Positions 28,639 to 40,269 of a DNA stretch of 64,000 bases are shown one piece after another. Source of the stretch: an uncultured Gammaproteobacteria bacterium (GTDB lineage: Bacteria; Patescibacteriota; Patescibacteriia; Magasanikbacterales; UBA922). The position numbers and the translations under genes were made by a program. Each line of letters starts with the position of its first letter. Position 1 is the stretch's first letter. A model generated the notes under the pieces. That model had not been told where the DNA came from. It made no database searches and saw only the letters and a program-made list of their open reading frames with translations. The DNA lies in NCBI GenBank assembly GCA_964612105.1, contig CAZTEU010000002.1, positions 83,697-147,696 on the forward strand, in the 5' to 3' direction.

Positions 28639-30432
28639 TTATGCTGTACGCTCCTCTGACTCCTTTAATACCCTTGCAAGAAACTTCTTTGTCTCGACAG
28701 TTTCTTGTTCTTCCTGCCCTCTTATTCTTACGGTCACCTCTTTTCCATCTGCCTCCTTGTCACCTACAACAATCGCATATGGTATTTTTTGTTTTGCAGA
28801 CGCTCGTACTTTCTTTCCAACACTTTCATCTGTACTATCTACAGCAACCCTTAGACCAGCTTCTGCAAAATTAGCTGCAATTTTATTTGCTGAGTCTACG
28901 TGTTTTTCTGACACAGCTATAAACTGTATTTGCACAGGTGATAACCACACAGGAAAGGCGCCTTCTGTGTGTTCTATTAGAATTGATAGAAACCTTTCTA
29001 TAGATCCCATAATTGCAGCATGTACCATAACAACCCTTTCTTGTTCTCCTTTTTCATTAATACAATTAAGATCAAAACGTTCTGGCAGGTTAATGTCTAA
29101 CTGGATTGTAGCCACCTGCCACTCTCTTCCTATTGAGTCCTTAGCAACAAAATCTATTTTTGGTCCATAGAAGGCCGCTTCTCCAATCTCTTCTACAAAC
29201 TTTACACCTCTCTCATCTGCTAACTCTCTCATCTGCGACTCAGCTTTTTTCCAAAGCTCTGGTGTTCCTAAATAGTTATCGAAGCTGTCTGGATCATGCA
29301 AAGATAGTCTCACAGACAAGTCACCGAAGCCTACTGCCTTATAGAAGGTATCAATTATATCCCATATTTTTAGGAACTCATCTTTTACCTGAGTTTGCCT
29401 ACAGAACACGTGAGCATCATCTTGACTAAATGCACGTGTACGAGAAATTCCATGTAGTTCACCTGTCTGCTCATCTCTATAACAAGTAGTGGTTTCTGCA
29501 TATCTTTGTGGCATATCACGATAGCTTCGTGGAATGTGGTTGAAAATCTGTGTATGATGAGGACAGTTCATTGGCTTCATTGCAAACTCATGCCCTTCCC
29601 TTGTTGCTATCTTAAACAGTCCATCAGAAAACTTATCCCAGTGACCACTTGTCTCGTATAATTCTTTTTTTGTAATATGAGGAATTGTGACCTTTTCATA
29701 ACCACGCTCTTTTCGCAACTCCCAAACAAAATCATCTAACACATTCCTTAACAAAGTACCTTTTGGTGTCCAAAGAGGAAGACCTGGACCAACCAAGTCC
29801 GAGAAAGTGAATAAATCCAGTTCACTTGCTATTTTCCTGTGATCTCTTTTTTTTGCCTCCTCCAACATTTGAAGGTGTTTGTTTAATTCATCCTTTGTCT
29901 TAAAACAGATTCCATATACACGCTGTAGTTGTGAATTATTCTGATCACCTCTCCAATATGCACCTGCAAGCTTTGTTAATTTTAAAGCCCCAATCTCTTT
30001 TGTGTTTTCTACATGAGGACCACGACACAAGTCTACAAAGTCTCCCGTCTTGTACACTGAGATTGAGTCTACAGACTCTCCCAAATCCTGCAACTCTTCT
30101 TCACTCATTTTAGTTGTGCCTCGTTCTTTTAAATCTTTGAGCAAATCTACCTTGTAGTCCTGCTTTTTCTTTTTAAACAATTTTATTCCTTCATCAATTG
30201 ACATCTCTTCACGCACAAACTCCTTATTTTGTTTAATGAGGTATTTTGCTTTCTTTTCTATGCTTTTTAAGTCTTCTTCAGTAAGAGGCTCTGGAGTTTC
30301 TACATCATAATAAAAGCCGTGCTCTATTACTGGACCGACTCCAAACTTGGTTCCTGGAAATAACTGCTCAATTGCTCCAGCAACCACATGCGCACAAGAG
30401 TGGCGCATAATTTCTAATTTATCATTACTCAT
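28639..30432 (-). CDS. thrS: threonine--tRNA ligase (no N-terminal TGS domain)
   Basis: RHSCAH, DLCRGPH, KPMNCP, QDDAH, GEAAFYGPK, GSIERF. Confidence 0.97.
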   Translation of the reverse strand: MSNDKLEIMRHSCAHVVAGAIEQLFPGTKFGVGPVIEHGFYYDVETPEPLTEEDLKSIEKKAKYLIKQNKEFVREEMSIDEGIKLFKKKKQDYKVDLLKDLKERGTTKMSEEELQDLGESVDSISVYKTGDFVDLCRGPHVENTKEIGALKLTKLAGAYWRGDQNNSQLQRVYGICFKTKDELNKHLQMLEEAKKRDHRKIASELDLFTFSDLVGPGLPLWTPKGTLLRNVLDDFVWELRKERGYEKVTIPHITKKELYETSGHWDKFSDGLFKIATREGHEFAMKPMNCPHHTQIFNHIPRSYRDMPQRYAETTTCYRDEQTGELHGISRTRAFSQDDAHVFCRQTQVKDEFLKIWDIIDTFYKAVGFGDLSVRLSLHDPDSFDNYLGTPELWKKAESQMRELADERGVKFVEEIGEAAFYGPKIDFVAKDSIGREWQVATIQLDINLPERFDLNCINEKGEQERVVMVHAAIMGSIERFLSILIEHTEGAFPVWLSPVQIQFIAVSEKHVDSANKIAANFAEAGLRVAVDSTDESVGKKVRASAKQKIPYAIVVGDKEADGKEVTVRIRGQEEQETVETKKFLARVLKESEERTA

Positions 30433-30462
30433 AGATTTATTTTAATAATATTAATATTTTAT

Positions 30463-30670
30463 AAAAAAACCCGGCATACAATCCTTACGAAAAAGAATTA
30501 CATACCGGGGTCTTGCTTTATGGCTAGACGGTTCCACCCGTGGTTTTACTTTTATAGATTTTCTGTTCTCCAAGAGTGGTATCGGTTCCATTTTCTCCAG
30601 AAGAAGAATCTCAGTCTAGTTCTTCTATCTCTGTCTGGGAATCTATGGTCGAGCTGGCTCTTTATCCAAT
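30463..30670 (-). promoter_or_regulatory. T-box riboswitch (Thr) leader
   Basis: AGAGA and CTGAGA stem I motifs, ACC specifier candidate, GGTGGAACCG T-box (30538-30529), terminator ccggtatg..tatgccgggttttttt; TTGACA promoter at 30705. Confidence 0.85.
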
Positions 30671-30717
30671 AGAGATATGTTACGCTCAAAAGGTTGTGGT
30701 GTCAAGTCTTGTGATGA

Positions 30718-31737
30718 CTACTTCTTTTTTGTTTTTGCCTTTGTCTTCTTAGTCGACTTTTTCTTTATCTTCTTCCTCATGTCTGGAAACTTATCTGTCT
30801 CATCCACTATTTCCATCTTTAATATTTCTTCTATAACATCTTCCAAAGTTACTATCCCATAAAATCCACCAAACTTGTTCTGTACAAATGCTAAATGGTT
30901 TTTAGACTTAATTAATTTGTCCAAAAGAACGTCCAGTTTTGTTTCGCTACTAACAATTGGAGTTCTACCTTTGTGGCAAACGTATTTTATTTTCTTACCT
31001 ACTTTTATATTAATAAGATCTTTTGCATACAACAGACCAACCACATTGTCCATGTTTTCCCTATACACCGGTATTCTTGTAAATCCTTCTTTTCTTATTT
31101 CATCTAGTTTCTTTTTATCCAGAGCCACATTTTCTTCAAGAGCAAAAACAGCTTGTCTTGGTGTCATAACATCTTCTACTTTTTTATCAGAATAAGAAAG
31201 TGCTCCTTTAATTATTCTTTCTTCATCACCATCAACATCACTATGCTTAGATCCTTCGTGCTCCTCTACTATTTTCATTAGCTCCTTCTTAGAATAAATA
31301 GTGGCCATTTCTTCACCAAGTGTTTTATCTAATATCCATGCAATCGGGAAACAGATAGGAAACATTACGAAAATAAATATCTTTACCAGCCACGCAGTTC
31401 TTGCACCAACCTCCAAAGCATATCTAGAAAATGTAGCTTGTGGAATAATTTCACCAAAAACTACAATTAGCCCTGTGGCCACAATACCAGCCACAAAACC
31501 GCTGGCTATATTCCCTAAAAATATAGCGAGTGTGGAATTAACAGCTACATTTCCAAGTAAAAGTGTACACAATAAAAGGTTTCCTCTTTTTCTTACAGAA
31601 TACACCTTTTTTGCTTTTTTGTTTCCAAGAGTTATTTTTCTTTTTAGCTCACTCTTATCCAAACTAAGTAAACCTAAAGTGAGTCCGGAGAATAGTCCGG
31701 AAAGAAGAACTAGAAATATTACAATTGCGTAATCCAT
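30718..31737 (-). CDS. CNNM/DUF21-CBS domain transporter (CorC/HlyC family)
   Basis: SGLFSGLTLG, LLLGN, FGEIIPQ, VMTPR, GFTRIPVY, VTLEDVIEEIL. Confidence 0.92.
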   Translation of the reverse strand: MDYAIVIFLVLLSGLFSGLTLGLLSLDKSELKRKITLGNKKAKKVYSVRKRGNLLLCTLLLGNVAVNSTLAIFLGNIASGFVAGIVATGLIVVFGEIIPQATFSRYALEVGARTAWLVKIFIFVMFPICFPIAWILDKTLGEEMATIYSKKELMKIVEEHEGSKHSDVDGDEERIIKGALSYSDKKVEDVMTPRQAVFALEENVALDKKKLDEIRKEGFTRIPVYRENMDNVVGLLYAKDLINIKVGKKIKYVCHKGRTPIVSSETKLDVLLDKLIKSKNHLAFVQNKFGGFYGIVTLEDVIEEILKMEIVDETDKFPDMRKKIKKKSTKKTKAKTKKK

Positions 31738-31757
31738 TATGACAGGTCTTATTTATT

Positions 31758-32897
31758 TTATTGTACTGTTTTGACAATAACTTGAACGTGCTCTGGTACA
31801 AAAGGAATGGAACGAACCCACATTGGTCTAAACTTCACATCCACACTGTATACGTGATCTAGGGTAAGAACATGTCTTCTTACTTCTTCTTTTGACTTTC
31901 CAAAGAAAAGCATCTTCTCTAGTTGTTTACTATCTGCATTAAGCCTTTCTACAGCACTGTGATATATGGTTAGCATTGCAACCCCGTCTCTTAGGTCATA
32001 TTCTTTAAGCTGTACAGTCGCATTTCCATCTGCCCCACGCAGTACGGTTACGTCATCCACAACTCTCTTAAGGAGTTGAGCTCGTGCATATTCCTGCACC
32101 TTTGTAGGATTGTAGAAAACAGCAAGAATCGTTGCTTTTCCAGAGAGTGTAAATTCTCCAACTTCCTCCCCAATAGGCGCTTCATTATTTATCGTATGCT
32201 GAACGACTTTGTATACAGCTTTTTTATCTGAAAACTTTTTTTGTAGAGTTTCTTTTCCTAATTTCTCAAGTTCTGCCAAAAGCTGAGCCTCTGCTTTTTT
32301 TACATCACTAGCACTTAGCACACCTATCGTGTGTACACCTCCTGTCATACCAGAACTACTGCTACCATATACTATTTTTTGTTTTTCTGCCCTTAATCCT
32401 GGAATAGTAAACTTATCTATTGCACCCACATCACCACTCGCCCCTTCTTTATCTGCGTATACTTCTGCTTGTATTGTACCATTGGCTGGAACAACTACTC
32501 TGTCCTTTAGCCTAAACAAAACACTGTCTGGCGTGAGGAGTCTTGTTGTGGCAACTAATGGTTGTGCTACGTTCCCATCATTATGTAACGTAACAGTACC
32601 CCTTGCTATACCAGGCTCTGTTTTACTTCCTGTTGGAGAAAACCCTCTTGCTAGACTAACAGTTGTTGTTGCCAGCACAGACCCTATCATATCGCCATCT
32701 TTTTCTACAGACACCAATGACTCTACATCTACAGGACTCTCCTTCGTTGTAATTACAATTGTTGCACGCTTACTGGACATGAAAATTATCATTCCCAAAA
32801 GCGCTATTGTCGGGAAGAGAAATGACAGGGCTACTAACTTATAAAATCTGACAGGCTGACTCATGGCAGGACTTGCTTGTTTTCTTCTAAGACCCAT
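31758..32897 (-). CDS. single-TM hypothetical protein (baseplate-J-like, CPR-type)
   Basis: ARGTVTLHN..QPLVATTRL..FTIPGL..MTGG pattern. Confidence 0.7.
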   Translation of the reverse strand: MGLRRKQASPAMSQPVRFYKLVALSFLFPTIALLGMIIFMSSKRATIVITTKESPVDVESLVSVEKDGDMIGSVLATTTVSLARGFSPTGSKTEPGIARGTVTLHNDGNVAQPLVATTRLLTPDSVLFRLKDRVVVPANGTIQAEVYADKEGASGDVGAIDKFTIPGLRAEKQKIVYGSSSSGMTGGVHTIGVLSASDVKKAEAQLLAELEKLGKETLQKKFSDKKAVYKVVQHTINNEAPIGEEVGEFTLSGKATILAVFYNPTKVQEYARAQLLKRVVDDVTVLRGADGNATVQLKEYDLRDGVAMLTIYHSAVERLNADSKQLEKMLFFGKSKEEVRRHVLTLDHVYSVDVKFRPMWVRSIPFVPEHVQVIVKTVQ

Positions 32898-32898
32898 A

Positions 32899-34653
32899 TT
32901 ATTCACTTACACGGAACACCTCTTCTAGAGAAGTTATTCCTTTAACTGCTTTAAGAATACCATCTTGAACCATTGTCGTCATCCCCTTGGATATTGCTAC
33001 CTGTTGAATATCTGATTCTGAGACCTTCCCCTCCTGAATCATACCTTCTATCTCCTTATCTATTTGTAGCACTTCATACACACCAACTCTACCCTTATAT
33101 CCAAGTCCATTACACTCTTCTTTACATCCTTTTGACTTATAGAACTTTATTTCTGCTCCTTTTACTTCCTCTTTTTCCTTTTCTGGCATTCCTTCTATTA
33201 TTTGATTAACCTTCTCCTGCTCTTCTGGACTAAGCGTGTGAGACTCCTTGCACTTTTCACATAATTTTCTAACTAGCCTTTGCCCAAGCACAACATTTAA
33301 CGCGGGAGCAAGAAGAAACGGCTTAACTCCCATAGAGACAAATCTAGCAATTGCACCAGCAGCACTATTTGTATGAAGTGTAGAAAGCATTAGGTGGCCT
33401 GTTAAAGAAGCTTGTATAGCAATCTCTGCTGTCTCTAAATCTCTAATCTCACCAACCATACAAATATCTGGATCCTGACGCAAAATTGATTTTAACCCTT
33501 TAGCAAATGTGTAGTCCTTGCTTTTATCTATCTGACTCTGATTTATTCCTTCCATTCTATATTCAACAGGATCTTCCAGTGTAATTATTTTTACATCTGG
33601 ATTGTTAAGCATAAACATCACAGCATATAGCGTTGTAGTCTTACCAGAACCTGTTGGACCAGTTGTAATAACCATTCCATTTGGTCTCTTTATTTGGTTT
33701 ACTAAAATATTATATGCACTTTCTCTAAAACCAAGAGAGTCTAGGGAGATTCCTTTGCGGTTCTGTCTCAATAAACGCATAACTATACTCTCCCCATACA
33801 CAGTTGGCATTGTAGAAACACGAATATCCACATCTCCTTCTTTTATTTTTATTGTAAAACGACCATCTTGTGGCTTATCCGTAATATTTAACTTTAGGCT
33901 AGCTAAAAGTTTTACACGTGAAACTAATTTTTTAAAAGATTCTTTTGGAATATTTGCTACATCGTGAAGAATGCCATCTACACGAAACCTTACAACAATC
34001 TGCCCCTCTTCTGCTTCTACATGAACATCAGAAACCCCCATCTTTACTGATGCTCCCATAATATATGTAACTAAATCTGTAGTAGATTTACCATCTATTA
34101 GTTTTTGTAATGATTCAAAATCAGTAATATCTCCCCCAACCTGCTCTAAATCCTCTGCGCTTATTTTTACATCCTTACTTACCACTTGCACTGTTGGCAA
34201 AGTAGCATATAGTTTAATTACTTTATCAAAACTGTGCTTGGATATTACATAAATAGCACCATTCTTATTATTTTCTTGAGCAATACGATCAAACAGTTGC
34301 TTTACCTCTGGTTTCTGTGGATCTAATACCCCAAGACGAAACTGTTCTCCTTCTACATAAAAACAAACAGCTCCTGTGCTTCTTGCCTCCTCTTCTTGAA
34401 CCATACGAAGTGCGTTTTGACTTACAGGAAACTTTTCTAAATCAATATGAGGCACCCCAATCTTACTTGCAAATCGTTTTGCTTGCACCTCTCTTTCTTT
34501 CTCTCCAATCTTTTCCATCTTCTTAGCAAATTTACCTGTAACTGACTGATCCACAAGTGGCTCGTCTTTGTCTTTTTTTACAGCACCAACACCAGCCGCC
34601 GAAGCAGCTGGTTTCTTTTTCATTAAATCAGATATGGAAGGAAGGTCAGACAT
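32899..34653 (-). CDS. GspE/PilB-family pilus assembly ATPase
   Basis: SDVHVE, PQDGRF, TGPTGSGKTTTLY, LEDPVEY, LRQDPD, GHLMLSTLH, Zn-binding cysteines. Confidence 0.93.
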   Translation of the reverse strand: MSDLPSISDLMKKKPAASAAGVGAVKKDKDEPLVDQSVTGKFAKKMEKIGEKEREVQAKRFASKIGVPHIDLEKFPVSQNALRMVQEEEARSTGAVCFYVEGEQFRLGVLDPQKPEVKQLFDRIAQENNKNGAIYVISKHSFDKVIKLYATLPTVQVVSKDVKISAEDLEQVGGDITDFESLQKLIDGKSTTDLVTYIMGASVKMGVSDVHVEAEEGQIVVRFRVDGILHDVANIPKESFKKLVSRVKLLASLKLNITDKPQDGRFTIKIKEGDVDIRVSTMPTVYGESIVMRLLRQNRKGISLDSLGFRESAYNILVNQIKRPNGMVITTGPTGSGKTTTLYAVMFMLNNPDVKIITLEDPVEYRMEGINQSQIDKSKDYTFAKGLKSILRQDPDICMVGEIRDLETAEIAIQASLTGHLMLSTLHTNSAAGAIARFVSMGVKPFLLAPALNVVLGQRLVRKLCEKCKESHTLSPEEQEKVNQIIEGMPEKEKEEVKGAEIKFYKSKGCKEECNGLGYKGRVGVYEVLQIDKEIEGMIQEGKVSESDIQQVAISKGMTTMVQDGILKAVKGITSLEEVFRVSE

Positions 34654-34656
34654 ATA

Positions 34657-35631
34657 CTAACCGCCGAGCCAATGAAGGGTACGGCTTTTAACTTTTTTCT
34701 TATGCATTTTCATGAATAAATATGTCCAGGCACTTGTACTAAATACTGTGTATACAGATCCTACAAACATTATAAACATACTTAACAGTAGGAACGCGAC
34801 CGTGGTCGCTGTTGCAAACAAAGTAGAGCTTCCAAGAACAGCTGCTATAATCCACATTATTAGACTTGGTATAAAGAATACAAATGCAACCAGAGCAACG
34901 AATAGCCCTAATAGCATGTTTATAGCTAGTAATATCACTCCAATTTCAATTGAGACAAACCAATGGTGAGTAAATAGGTGCCATGCGTCCTCCATCGCCT
35001 CCCAAATAGATTTCTCGTCTACAACCACATAGCAAGCAGAGTAGATGACAAAGAAGGAAACAACAAGTCCAACAATTATTGCTGAGGTGAACACAGCTAG
35101 GAATGAAAATACTTCAAACGTGCCTGAATGCAAGGCTAGTTGTACGGTAAAATAACCAACTACAACTGCCATTGCCAACAATACTAATTTTTTAAAGACC
35201 TGAATGAAAAACAGTCTCCAGAAGTGGCTTACACCAGCGTGCCAAGACTTACCTACGTCTGGAAGCTTACTCTTACTCTTTACAGAACGAGAAGCTACAT
35301 GTATCAAAGCTCCTTGCGACACCGTTGCCACGAAAGCAAGAAATACTGCTATTCCCACAAAAATGACTAGTACCCAGGTAATTCCAACTATATCTATCAT
35401 TGGAAGAGCAGAAAGGAACCCATAAGAGAATCCTTGCAAGTCTGCAATAATCTCAAACATGTACTGTGACGGTGTGGCTCCGTTGTCCACGATTCCAACA
35501 GTAGTTAATAGTTCTAGGATTCCCATTTGTCCTAGGAACGTTGCAAAGAGTCCAAGAGGCCAAAGCCACTTGTGCTTCCAGGCTAACCCCCAGCTATGCT
35601 TGAGGGCCTGGCGATACAATGGTGTTTTCAT
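34657..35631 (-). CDS. multi-pass membrane protein
   Basis: Several TM helices; ATG 35631 preferred. Confidence 0.8.
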   Translation of the reverse strand: MKTPLYRQALKHSWGLAWKHKWLWPLGLFATFLGQMGILELLTTVGIVDNGATPSQYMFEIIADLQGFSYGFLSALPMIDIVGITWVLVIFVGIAVFLAFVATVSQGALIHVASRSVKSKSKLPDVGKSWHAGVSHFWRLFFIQVFKKLVLLAMAVVVGYFTVQLALHSGTFEVFSFLAVFTSAIIVGLVVSFFVIYSACYVVVDEKSIWEAMEDAWHLFTHHWFVSIEIGVILLAINMLLGLFVALVAFVFFIPSLIMWIIAAVLGSSTLFATATTVAFLLLSMFIMFVGSVYTVFSTSAWTYLFMKMHKKKVKSRTLHWLGG

Positions 35632-35805
35632 AATGACAGGCTTTTTAAATAGTACTAACCGGCACAAATTGTGTTTGTACCAGTGTTTACATTATAACAC
35701 AGTAGTGTTATATGACAAACATTTTCTCTGTTTATATCCAGATTATTAATTTATTAAAAAACCACCCTTTGATAGGGTGGTTTTTAACGTTTAGTTTACT
35801 TTTCT

Positions 35806-37707
35806 TTACACCTCAGCAGAAAAAGAATTGTCTGCACCTTTGTCTTGTATCATCTCATCCTTTTCTACCCCTTCTCCCATTATTTTCTTAAACTCATCTT
35901 GCTCTACTGTCTCTTTTTCTAAGAGCACTTTTACCAACTCGTCCACCTTCGTGCGATTAGTGTCAAAAACCTCTTTTGCTCTCTGTTTAGCGGTCTCTAA
36001 CAAACTATTAATCTCTTCATCAATAAGCTCTGCTGTCTTTTCTGAGTAGTTTTTCTTCTCATGGATTTCCTGTGCCAAGAAAATAAGCTCATCATTTTCT
36101 CCATACATTCTTGGTCCAAGCTTTTTACTCATTCCATAACGAAGTACCATTGATTTTGCTGAGTTTGTTGCTTGCTTAAGATCATTGGAAGGTCCAGTTG
36201 TAAGATGATCTTCACCATACACTGTAGTTTCTGCAACATAGCCTCCAAGAGCCATTGCTAAATCATCCTTAAACTGTGCAATTGTCTTGTATGTTGCATC
36301 CTTCTCTGGCATTGATAATGTATAACCACCAGCCATACCACGGCCAATAATAGATACCTTACGCACAGGATCACAATTCTCTAGGAAGTGAGCTACAACA
36401 GCATGACCAGCTTCGTGGTAGGCTGTCATCTCTCTTTCTTTGTCTGTCATTATTCTAGATTTCTTCTGGGGTCCCAACAGAACTTTTTCTATACTTTCTA
36501 GTACATGCTCCTGAGTAACTTCTTTCTTTGATTCACGAACAGCTAAAATTGCGGCCTCGTTAAGAAGGTTTTCTAAATCTGCACCTGTAAAGCCAGGTGT
36601 ACGCTCTGCAAGACGACGAAGATCTACATCTTTTGCAAGAGGCTTATTATTTGCGTGTACTTTTAATATCTCTTCCCTGTCTTTAATGTGTGGTTTGTCT
36701 ATAACAACTCTACGATCGAAACGACCAGGACGAAGAAGAGCGCTGTCTAACACATCTGGCCTGTTTGTTGCTGCAACAACTATAACTCCAGAGTTTGGTT
36801 CAAAACCATCCATCTCTACAAGTATCTGGTTTAGTGTCTGCTCTCTTTCATCGTGACTTCCACCAAGTCCAGCTCCACGCTTTCTTCCAACAGCATCGAT
36901 TTCATCTATAAAGATAATAGAAGGTGAATTTTTCTTTGCCTTTGCAAACAAGTCACGAACACGACTAGCTCCTACACCAACAAACATCTCAACGAACTCG
37001 GAACCAGAAATGTGATGAAAAGGAACGTTTGCCTCTCCTGCAACAGCTTTAGCTAATAAGGTTTTACCTGTACCAGGAGCGCCCATTAATAGTACACCTT
37101 TTGGAATCTTAGCTCCCATGTCTGCAAACTTTTTTGGGTTCTTCAAAAAATCAACAATTTCTTCCAACTCGTCTTTTGCTTCTTTTGCTCCTGCAACATC
37201 TTTAAATGTCTTCTTATCTTTTTGTTCTTCTGGCTTAACTGACTTTGCATTAGTCTTTCCAAATCCCATTGCTCGATTGTTTACTCCAGAAACCTGCCTG
37301 CTCATAAAATAGATAAGCCCACCAATAAGCAAGAATGGGAACATGTAAGGAGCCAGCGATTTTAGCCAGAATGCCCAACCACTTTCCTTCTTCACAGAAA
37401 GCTCTATTTCTTTGATCTGCTCTGCTGTTACTCCATAGTTGCTCAACATTTCTGAGACGGACTCTCCAAACTCTTTCTTAACATCTTGTTTTGTTCCATT
37501 CTCATCATTAAGAGTAATGTGTAGTACATCACCTTGTATCTCTATTGTTTTTACTTTCCCATCACCAATTTCCTGTACCAAAGTACTTATAGCAACCTCC
37601 TCCGGAGCCTCCTCACCAATCTGACCAAAGGTCGCAATTGAAGCAATCAAAAACAAGATTAGGAAAATAATCCCAAAGTTTTTGATTAACTGTATAATGT
37701 TTTTCAT
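35806..37707 (-). CDS. ftsH: ATP-dependent zinc metalloprotease FtsH
   Basis: Two TMs, [23 protein letters not shown]. Confidence 0.98.
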   Translation of the reverse strand: MKNIIQLIKNFGIIFLILFLIASIATFGQIGEEAPEEVAISTLVQEIGDGKVKTIEIQGDVLHITLNDENGTKQDVKKEFGESVSEMLSNYGVTAEQIKEIELSVKKESGWAFWLKSLAPYMFPFLLIGGLIYFMSRQVSGVNNRAMGFGKTNAKSVKPEEQKDKKTFKDVAGAKEAKDELEEIVDFLKNPKKFADMGAKIPKGVLLMGAPGTGKTLLAKAVAGEANVPFHHISGSEFVEMFVGVGASRVRDLFAKAKKNSPSIIFIDEIDAVGRKRGAGLGGSHDEREQTLNQILVEMDGFEPNSGVIVVAATNRPDVLDSALLRPGRFDRRVVIDKPHIKDREEILKVHANNKPLAKDVDLRRLAERTPGFTGADLENLLNEAAILAVRESKKEVTQEHVLESIEKVLLGPQKKSRIMTDKEREMTAYHEAGHAVVAHFLENCDPVRKVSIIGRGMAGGYTLSMPEKDATYKTIAQFKDDLAMALGGYVAETTVYGEDHLTTGPSNDLKQATNSAKSMVLRYGMSKKLGPRMYGENDELIFLAQEIHEKKNYSEKTAELIDEEINSLLETAKQRAKEVFDTNRTKVDELVKVLLEKETVEQDEFKKIMGEGVEKDEMIQDKGADNSFSAEV

Positions 37708-37719
37708 AACACCTTATGA

Positions 37720-38925
37720 TTATGCTGTAACTTCTTCCGGTGTTTTTTCTTCTGAAGTCTCAACAGGGGCTGCTTCTTCTTTTGGTTCCTCAGCTACTGT
37801 CTCTGCAGTTTTATCTTCTACTTTTGGCTCTTCTTCTTTTTTCTGAGGTCTACCTTTTACACCAAAAACCTTAAGTCCTAATCTGTGCTCTGAGGGTTCT
37901 ATATTTATAATTTCGAATTTGTGTTTTGAGCCAATTGAATATTTTTCTCTTAGCTCACTTTCTGAGATTGGATCATCTGAGACCTCAGAAATATGTGCAA
38001 GTCCATGAATCGCGCTGTCTAGTTTTACCATCAAACCAAAACCTTCTATCTTGTGAACTTCTCCTTCTACAGCCTGACCAACTTTATATGTGTCTTTCAC
38101 ACTTTTCCAAGGGTCATCTTTAAGTCTCTTAACAGAAAGATATATCTTTGACTTGTTGAGGTCTATAATCTGCGCTTCAACCTTGTCACCAACTTTTAGC
38201 ATGTCTTTAGGGTGAGAAATTCTTTGCCATGCAATTTCTGAGATGTGAATAAGACCTTCCAGTCCTTCACCAAATCTCATAAATGCACCAAAAGATGTAA
38301 GAGCGCTAATCTCTCCTTTTACAATATCACCAATCTTGTATGATTCTAGTACAGATTTCTGATCATCTTCCCAAACTGCTTTTTCAGAAACAATCAGTTT
38401 TTCTTCTCTGCGGTTTGCATCCAATACTTTTGTCTGCACAGTCATTCCAATCAACTTTCTAAGATGTTCTAAGATTTTATTTTTGTCTCCGCCTGGAACA
38501 CGTGGGTAATTCTCTGGAGAAAGCTGAGATACTGGCATAAAACCAACTAGTGCATCCACCTTCATCATAAGACCACCTTTATTTGCAGAAATAATCTTTG
38601 CTTCAACTGTAATACCATCTTTCATGTATTGTTCCATTGTGTCCCACACTAATTGATGACCAGCAACACGGAAAGACAGCTCCATCTCTCCATTTTCGTT
38701 TTCTTGTTCTACAACTGTAGCTTCTACAGTGTCCCCAACGTTAATATTTGCATATTTGCTTGACTCAGAAAAGAGTTCTGGACCACGAACAACACCTGTA
38801 GTCATTCCTTCTATGTCTACACGTACAGCACCTTTATCTACTGAGATAACTGTGCCCTTAATTAAATCATCCACCTTGGGTATGGTGGTAAAATGGTCCT
38901 TTAGCAATGTTCCAAAATCTGTCAT
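37720..38925 (-). CDS. rpsA: 30S ribosomal protein S1 (four S1 domains)
   Basis: Repeated S1 domains (EGLIHISEI, GLAHISEV). Confidence 0.9.
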   Translation of the reverse strand: MTDFGTLLKDHFTTIPKVDDLIKGTVISVDKGAVRVDIEGMTTGVVRGPELFSESSKYANINVGDTVEATVVEQENENGEMELSFRVAGHQLVWDTMEQYMKDGITVEAKIISANKGGLMMKVDALVGFMPVSQLSPENYPRVPGGDKNKILEHLRKLIGMTVQTKVLDANRREEKLIVSEKAVWEDDQKSVLESYKIGDIVKGEISALTSFGAFMRFGEGLEGLIHISEIAWQRISHPKDMLKVGDKVEAQIIDLNKSKIYLSVKRLKDDPWKSVKDTYKVGQAVEGEVHKIEGFGLMVKLDSAIHGLAHISEVSDDPISESELREKYSIGSKHKFEIINIEPSEHRLGLKVFGVKGRPQKKEEEPKVEDKTAETVAEEPKEEAAPVETSEEKTPEEVTA

Positions 38926-39062
38926 ATTTTTTTGCTTAACCCAGTAATGTTTACTGAGCCTCTCACCAAGAGTAAATAGGTGAGAAATGAATAATTTATT
39001 AGCCGAAATACTATAACATAAGTATAATTATATTGCAAGAGTGCGTAGTGCGATATTTTTTG

Positions 39063-39122
39063 GCTTATTTTAGCTGTTTTTTAGCTCTCAGGGTTGACAA
39101 TAGGCATAAAATGTGTTATTGT
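39063..39122 (+). promoter_or_regulatory. palindromic site plus sigma70 promoter of orphan 39349
   Basis: GCTTATTTTAGC (39063-39074), then TTGACA(39094)-N17-TATTGT; boxA-like GTTCTTTAC follows at 39131. Confidence 0.7.
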
Positions 39123-39348
39123 CCAGTGTCGTTCTTTACACAATTTGTTGCTAAATATAGCAGGCAAATCCACCAAGAATGTGATTTTCTCATATTTTTT
39201 ATGGATTTGCTTGTAAAAAGGCGGTCAAGTGTGCCATGTGGCATGCGTATCTGTGAAAAAAGTCGACCTCCTCGCCCTACGGTGGGCCATGGGGGTATTC
39301 GTGCCAACATACGGCCTGTAATCTAATCAGGCCACGGGAGAAGAAGAT

Positions 39349-40269
39349 ATGGGTAGCAACGGAAGAAACTCGGGACAGATCCTGTTCATGGACTGGAATT
39401 TCACTGAAGACAAGTCCGAGAGTCAGCGCTGGGAGCGACTCCTCCAGAGCTGCGACTACATCGGTCGCTGGAAGGAAGGTGTCACACCCGACCACTTCGG
39501 CGGGAAGACCCTCGCGAAGATCAGCAACCTGTTCGTTGAGGCGATGAAGATTGTCGCACCCAAACTGGAGTACAAAACCTCACGGCCGGCGCTCTACAAG
39601 ATCCTGTACCGTCACCCGAGACGGGTCGTCATCCGCGTGGACAAGAGCCTCTCAATTCCGCGACGTGTGGAGAATGGTCAGGATGTGTTCGGGTCGGACT
39701 GCGGTCTGAACATGGCCACGCGCCTGAAGCTCGTGAACGGCAATTTCAACAAGTCGCAGGGTATCCTGCGGACTGTGCTGAACAACGTCGCCAACGAGAC
39801 CACGACCAACGTCTCCGAAGCCTGCATCGACATGCTGTGGACCATCTCGCGCCTGGTCAATGGGCTGGGCATCCGCACCGACAAGGGCATGCAGTACGAG
39901 GGAGAGCTCATCTCGCCATGGCACATCGTTGTCGAGCGAGGGACCATGTCTCCCAAGAAGATGCTCGAACTCGAGCAGCAGAATGCCATCGAAGAGGCCG
40001 CTGCGAAGAAGGGGGCGGACCTGACTCAGTCTGAGAAGCATTCGGCGCTCTGCCGATACAAGGCCAAAGAGCGCGATGCTGGTCATGTGCGCCACGCCAA
40101 GATCCTCAAAGACTGGGATCTCGACGACTGGAAGGCGGAAGCGCGAGACTGCGGTGTGCGGTACGAAAATGATGTCGAGCTCGACACCCTCTCCACTGCG
40201 GTTCGCGCCAACGTGGAAGCCCGTGTCGGCAAGGCCTGGAAGCGCCTGAAGAAGTCCACGTCCAAGTAG
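39349..40269 (+). CDS. hypothetical protein (GC-rich, SD-led orphan)
   Basis: 306-aa ORF with G/C-ending codons, cGGGAGaagaagatATG start, structured leader and trailer. Confidence 0.8.
   Translation: MGSNGRNSGQILFMDWNFTEDKSESQRWERLLQSCDYIGRWKEGVTPDHFGGKTLAKISNLFVEAMKIVAPKLEYKTSRPALYKILYRHPRRVVIRVDKSLSIPRRVENGQDVFGSDCGLNMATRLKLVNGNFNKSQGILRTVLNNVANETTTNVSEACIDMLWTISRLVNGLGIRTDKGMQYEGELISPWHIVVERGTMSPKKMLELEQQNAIEEAAAKKGADLTQSEKHSALCRYKAKERDAGHVRHAKILKDWDLDDWKAEARDCGVRYENDVELDTLSTAVRANVEARVGKAWKRLKKSTSK

Noticed and set aside
31758-32897. Prophage suggested by the baseplate-J-like protein
   Set aside because: No other phage genes; native composition and coupled to the pilus ATPase gene.
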